Source: Eledone cirrhosa | Taxonomy: Eukaryota | Assembly (NCBI GenBank): GCA_964016885.1 | Contig: OZ024742.1 | Location: 347,076,001 to 347,140,000, forward strand | Direction of reading: 5' to 3' | Length of the DNA stretch: 64,000 nucleotides | Shown here: positions 59,031 to 64,000 of the stretch, in pieces | Numbering within the stretch: the stretch's first letter is position 1 | Layout of the letters: every line of letters begins with the position of its first letter | Translations under genes and position numbers: made by a program | Notes under the pieces: generated by a model | Told to the model about the DNA's origin: nothing | Database searches by the model: none | What the model saw: the letters and a program-made list of their open reading frames with translations, nothing else

Positions 59031-59352
59031 TGTGGCTCGGTGGTTAGAGAGTTGGATTCACAATCATTAGGTTTTGAGTTCAATTCACAGACCAAGTAAT
59101 GCATTGTGTCCTTGAGCAAGATACTTTATTGCTTCAGTTCACTCAGCTGTAGAAATGAGTTGTAACATCACTGGTGCAAAGCTGTATTGATCTTTGCCTT
59201 TCCTTTGGAGAACAATGGTGGCATGGAGAGGGAGTCTGGTATACATGGGCGACTGTTGGTCTTCCACAAACAAACCTTGCCCAGACTTGTGCCTCAGAGG
59301 GGAACTTTCAACATGCAAAACCCATGGTCATTCATGACCAAGGGGGGGGGGC
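59031..59352 (+). mobile_element. tRNA-derived SINE (third tail type)
   Basis: TGGCTCGGTGG A-box, GAGTTCAATTC B-box, GTGTCCTTGAGCAAGATACTTTA core. Confidence 0.7.
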
Positions 59353-61294
59353 TCTTTATGTACGTATGACCCTCTCCAGGTAAGAACACAAACGATTTCT
59401 TCCAGAGAGAGAGAGAGAGAAAGTGAGAGAGAGAGAGAGAGAATTGACTCCAGTACAGAACTGTTACTTCTTTATCAACCTTGCAAGGATGAAAGATAAA
59501 TACTACAAAACATTCTGATGTTCTAATGGCTGTTCCACTTCACTGCCTGAATATATAAGTAGCCAAATGTTAATCTTGGTCATCATGGTCATTAAAACAC
59601 CATTAACTTTTAACATCCTGTCCCACATGAAACTGCATTAGCAAGACATTCTTGTAAAGTATTAAACAGCACGATGGTTGCATCACATTGAAAATTAATG
59701 TCTTTACTCAAATATTGCAACTGTTCACAATGATCTGTTTGCTAGTAAAGATTCCATAAACATTGATCCTTTTCTTACCATATTTCTAATGAAATACACT
59801 GCCTATGGCTTTTAAATCATTTTGAAAATAATCAAGAATTTGGAGGAATTTAAGTTGATGTTTGAAACATAACTTAACAACGGTTGTTACATATAATTAT
59901 GGGAGCAATTTTGTATTGTAGTACCAAGGATGGTTTCAGTCAGTTTGGTATCAAAAGCATTAAAACACTTTTAACCCTTTTGTTACCAATGAAAGACTTA
60001 GCTGAAAATTTTCAAATTATTTTGTAAATAATCCAGAATTTGGAGGGATTTAGTAATATAATTAATTTCCTCATTATTAAGGTGGTGTTTAAAATATGAC
60101 TCCTGATATAAAATTATGATGGAAGATTTTCTTTTAGCCAAAACTGGCTCTGGTTCTATGAAATAAAACCACCAATTTTAAAGGTTTCCAATTTAAATTA
60201 AAATATTCCAACATAATTTTATATAAGAACCTTACATTAAGTTACTACCTTAGTAATGAAATAATTAATAATTTTAGTAAATCCCTCAAAAACTCTTCAT
60301 TAATTAATTAAAATACAGTCATGAAGGGTTATAACACAATTCTTGACATAAAATTATGATGAAAGGTTTTTCAATACTTTAAAATATATAGATTTGCATT
60401 GTAGAACCATGGACAGCTTCATAAGGTTTGGTAGCAAAAGAGTTAACAAACCTGTTTTTAGAATATCATGCTAAATTATTACAGGTTGTTAAGTGTTAAT
60501 CATATTAACTACTCCAACAAAAGCAACAACAACATCAACTATAACAACAACAACAGTAACAACTAGAGCAATTCATACCACAATTATAATGACAACAGTT
60601 TGGCATAACATGATTAATTCTTATCATCCTGTAATGATTTAGCAGAAAATATCTAAAAACTGGTTTGTTAATTCAAATGTTTATAGTATCTTTATTAGTA
60701 GACAGATCATTGTGAAAATTTGCAGTAAACTGAAGAAAAGACCTTAATTTTGAATGTGATGTAGTCATAGTGCTGTTTATACTTTTCAAGAATGTCTTGC
60801 TAATGTGGCTTCATGTAGTACAAGAAGTTCAGAGTTAACAATAAACATCTTCTAATGATTTAGCAGAAAACTACAAATTCTGTTAATTCAAATGTTTATA
60901 GTATCTTTACTAATGGACAGATAGTTGGGAAAATTTGCAGTGCACTAAAAGACCTTAATTTTTAATGTAAATATACTCTCAGGTCTTGAATAATCATCGT
61001 TTACCCACCACACACACACACATTAAATTTTGATAATCTATCTCCGGTGAAACTTTATTTTAAGTGGTAGCATTCCTGTGACAAATAAGTTTCTTTATGC
61101 ATTACATATACATCATATATGACAAAAAAGAACATTACTAGAAATCCCATATGTTATAAAATACATTGGATGGGTTGGGTCTCAATATGTAAACTAAACC
61201 TAGAAAAATTACCAATTTTCTACCACCACCACCACCCAATTATTTTGGACCCGAGAGTAATCATAGTACTGCTTTATATTTTTCAAGAATGTCT

Positions 61295-61687
61295 AACTAC
61301 TGTGGTTTAATGCGGTACAGGACATATTCTACCATCACCACCACCACTACCCCCACCTATTATTTTGGGCCTGAGAGTGAGCTACTGTGGTTTAATGCGG
61401 TACAGGACATATTCTAACCCACCCACCCTTCCCCCACCTATTATTTTGGGCCTCATAGTGAGCTACTGTGGTTTAATGCGGTACAGGACATTCTAACCCA
61501 CCCCCCACCCCCCATTCACCACCCCGCACCTATTATTTTGGGCCTGATGGTGAGCTACTGTGGTTTAATGCGGTACAGGATTATTCTAACCCCCCCCCCC
61601 CCCCCCCTTTACCACCCCGCACCTATTATTTTGGGCCTCATAGTGAGCTACTGTGGTTTAATGCGGTACAGGACATAAAGAGTTAAT
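61295..61687. repeat. ~80-95-bp tandem repeat with variable C-tract, about 5 copies, at a MITE end
   Basis: 'ctactgtggtttaatgcggtacagga' five times; 'acctattattttgggcct' four times; ends in caggacataaagagttaa. Confidence 0.85.
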
Positions 61688-64000
61688 AAGCAATAAAAAG
61701 AGATAAACTGTTTGACTTTACCTTTTGATTCAGAACAACAACAACAGCAATATTTAAATATCAAATAACTTGCCAACTACAGTATCTTTCACAAGCCAAC
61801 AAAGAATCCTCTATGTGGTTGCTCAGACTGCTGGAAATAGCAACTAAATCTTCCCCCCACCCCAGCCTAATTTACTCTCTACCATCTTTAAAAAAAAGGA
61901 AGGACACATTTGCCAATATATACCTAGATATATAACAAAAGATGGGATGGTCATGACTGAAAAGGCTTCGATCATAAGTTTGATCAATCAGAACTGACCT
62001 GGGGTTAAACAGTAACACCAACAACTGATCCCTCAACACTTCACCAACATCTCTATCACCATCACCTTCACCATCCATGACACTCTCCATCACACCATGA
62101 ACTTGTATGGGAGCCACCAAGCCATTCCATGGTCACTTGACTTGCCAAATGCAACAGCCAAATCTCTTTCAGATCATCCTCCTTTTTTTTGTATTTTATA
62201 TGGACCCTAACCCCTGATGGAGCCATAGGGGTGCTGTAATGACATACTAGTGTCTTGGGCATTTTAAACTTAGCAGAGCCCATCTCACTCCAAATGTGAA
62301 ACACAGCTAATTTCTTCTAGAGAGGGAAAGAGAGTGATAGAGAGGACATGAGGAAGAGATATAGAGGAAGAATAGACTCCAGTACTTGACTGGTACTTTT
62401 AATCAATCTTGAAAGGACTTTTTATCAACCTCGAAAGGATAAATGGCAAAGTTGACCTCAGCGGGATTGGAACTCAGTGCAGAGAGCCAGAACAATTACT
62501 GCAAAGCATTCTATCTGATGTTCTAACAACTCTGCCAATTCAATGCCTGGTGGAGTTGTAGGAGTGTTGTCTTCGGTATTTAAACTTGGTGTATCTCATC
62601 CATCTATGCCAATTTCTTCCAGAGAAATAGAGAGCAAGAGAGCATGAGAAAAAAAGTCAGAAAGAGATATAAAGGAAGAATTGACCCCAGTACTTGAAAG
62701 AATGAAAGGTAAAGTTGACCTCAGTAGCATTTGTTTAAACTCAGAGCGCAGGAAGCTAGAACAAATGCCCCAAAACATTCTATCTGATGTTGTAAGACTC
62801 TACCAATTTACCACATAGTAACAGCCTTACTACCTCATAAAGAATAACGGACTATCTTGAAGTTGTATTTCAACAAGAGGTATATATACTGTATCACACC
62901 ATTTTCCCACTGATGAGAATGCATCAATAATTGAAACACAGAGCCAGATCTGGTGGAAATTGATATTTATATTAATATTTATATTTGTAATTCATAATGT
63001 GTGTTGTATGTATATTCTTGTATATATGTGTGTCTGTGTGAGAGTGTGTGTAGGAGTGTGTGTGTGTCGGTGTGTGTGTGTGTATTGGATTACATTATTC
63101 TAGCCCTACTTAATGCATAAGGTCAGGCACCCTGTTGTAATATTGTAAACATACATAATAGTAACTAGGTTTCTGTTCTCACTTTCTCTCCAAATATTTC
63201 TTGTGTAATCAATAAAGCATAATAGTAATAACCAAGAAAAAAATCTAACCCAAATTTAAACATCTCAATGATAAACAAAAATATAGCAAATTACAAACAA
63301 GCGCCGTGTGAGAAGCTCAAATTTTCAAACTTACTAAGTGCCAAGGAAATTAATTTACAAGAAGTTGTAGGAAGCTCTCAGGCACAAAAAATAACTTCAA
63401 TTACAGTCAGTTGCTAAATAACTTCAATTACAGTCAGCTTATATAAATAGAGACAGGAAAATGTTGCCAGCAACCCCTACACAACATTAAAGTTCAAATA
63501 ATAGTAATTACTAGTTAATTGGACTCAACTAATATTACTTACTCATGACTCAAGCTCAACTAATATTATTTACTCATGGCTCAAGCTCAACTAATATTAG
63601 TTACTCATGACCCAAGCTCAAATAATACTAGTTACTATTGAATGACGCTCAAGTAAAATTACTCATTAGTCAGACCTACATAAGACTATACACTGTCAAG
63701 TTCAACTAAACTCAGACTAATCAACAATAAAACAAAGCAACCTATATGCAGTGGCTTGATCTGCTAGAAATAGCAACCAATTCTCCTTGAAATTATACCT
63801 TATTGTCTTAAAACAGGAAGGATACATTAGTCAATGTGTTTCTAGATATCTTGTTCTTTAAACCCATAACTCCTGATAGAGTCATAGAGGTGCCATAGTG
63901 ACATACAGCATTTCTTGGGCTTTTTTAACCCTAGCTGAGTCTATCTCTGTTCTCGGTCTGAACTCAGCTGATTTCTTCCAGAGAGAGGGAGAGAGAGGAA

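Noticed and set aside
61295-61687. Constant repeat with variable 'spacers'
   Set aside because: Variable parts are only C-tract length variants of one sequence; it is a tandem duplication at a MITE end.
62833-62949. Possible upstream ARRDC exon (AG...GT bounded, one open frame IWLCVSIIDAFSSVGKW...)
   Set aside because: No arrestin-N similarity and end phase does not clearly fit the phase-1 acceptor at 53212.

Overview
AT-rich eukaryotic DNA dominated by repeats. The kilobase-scale (TA)n tracts, RTE LINEs with (GAT)n tails and abundant tRNA-derived SINEs suggest a cephalopod such as Octopus (inference). One host gene is supported: five minus-strand exons of an alpha-arrestin/ARRDC-like gene (53212-52965, 45945-45757, 37098-36922, 32058-31956, 21715-21468). 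They have canonical GT-AG borders and compatible phases; the N-terminal exon(s) were not found in the window. The rest is mobile DNA: one full-length, intact RTE LINE (APE + RT + PHD-type finger, with 496-bp tandem 5' monomers); several truncated RTE copies; two L1/Tx1-clade elements joined head-to-tail in a (GATA)n tract; a Penelope-like (RT + GIY-YIG) element with 256-bp inverted termini; CR1-like 3' ends; a Helitron; MITEs; SINEs; and several minisatellites born inside transposons. The most system-like signal is about a dozen short fold-back elements in or beside (TA)n tracts. Several share a 3' tail motif, and some contain type I hammerhead-ribozyme-like folds, consistent with Penelope-like non-autonomous elements. 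Nearly all long ORFs in the supplied track (Ile/Tyr, Cys/Val, Thr/Pro/His-rich) are microsatellite artefacts.
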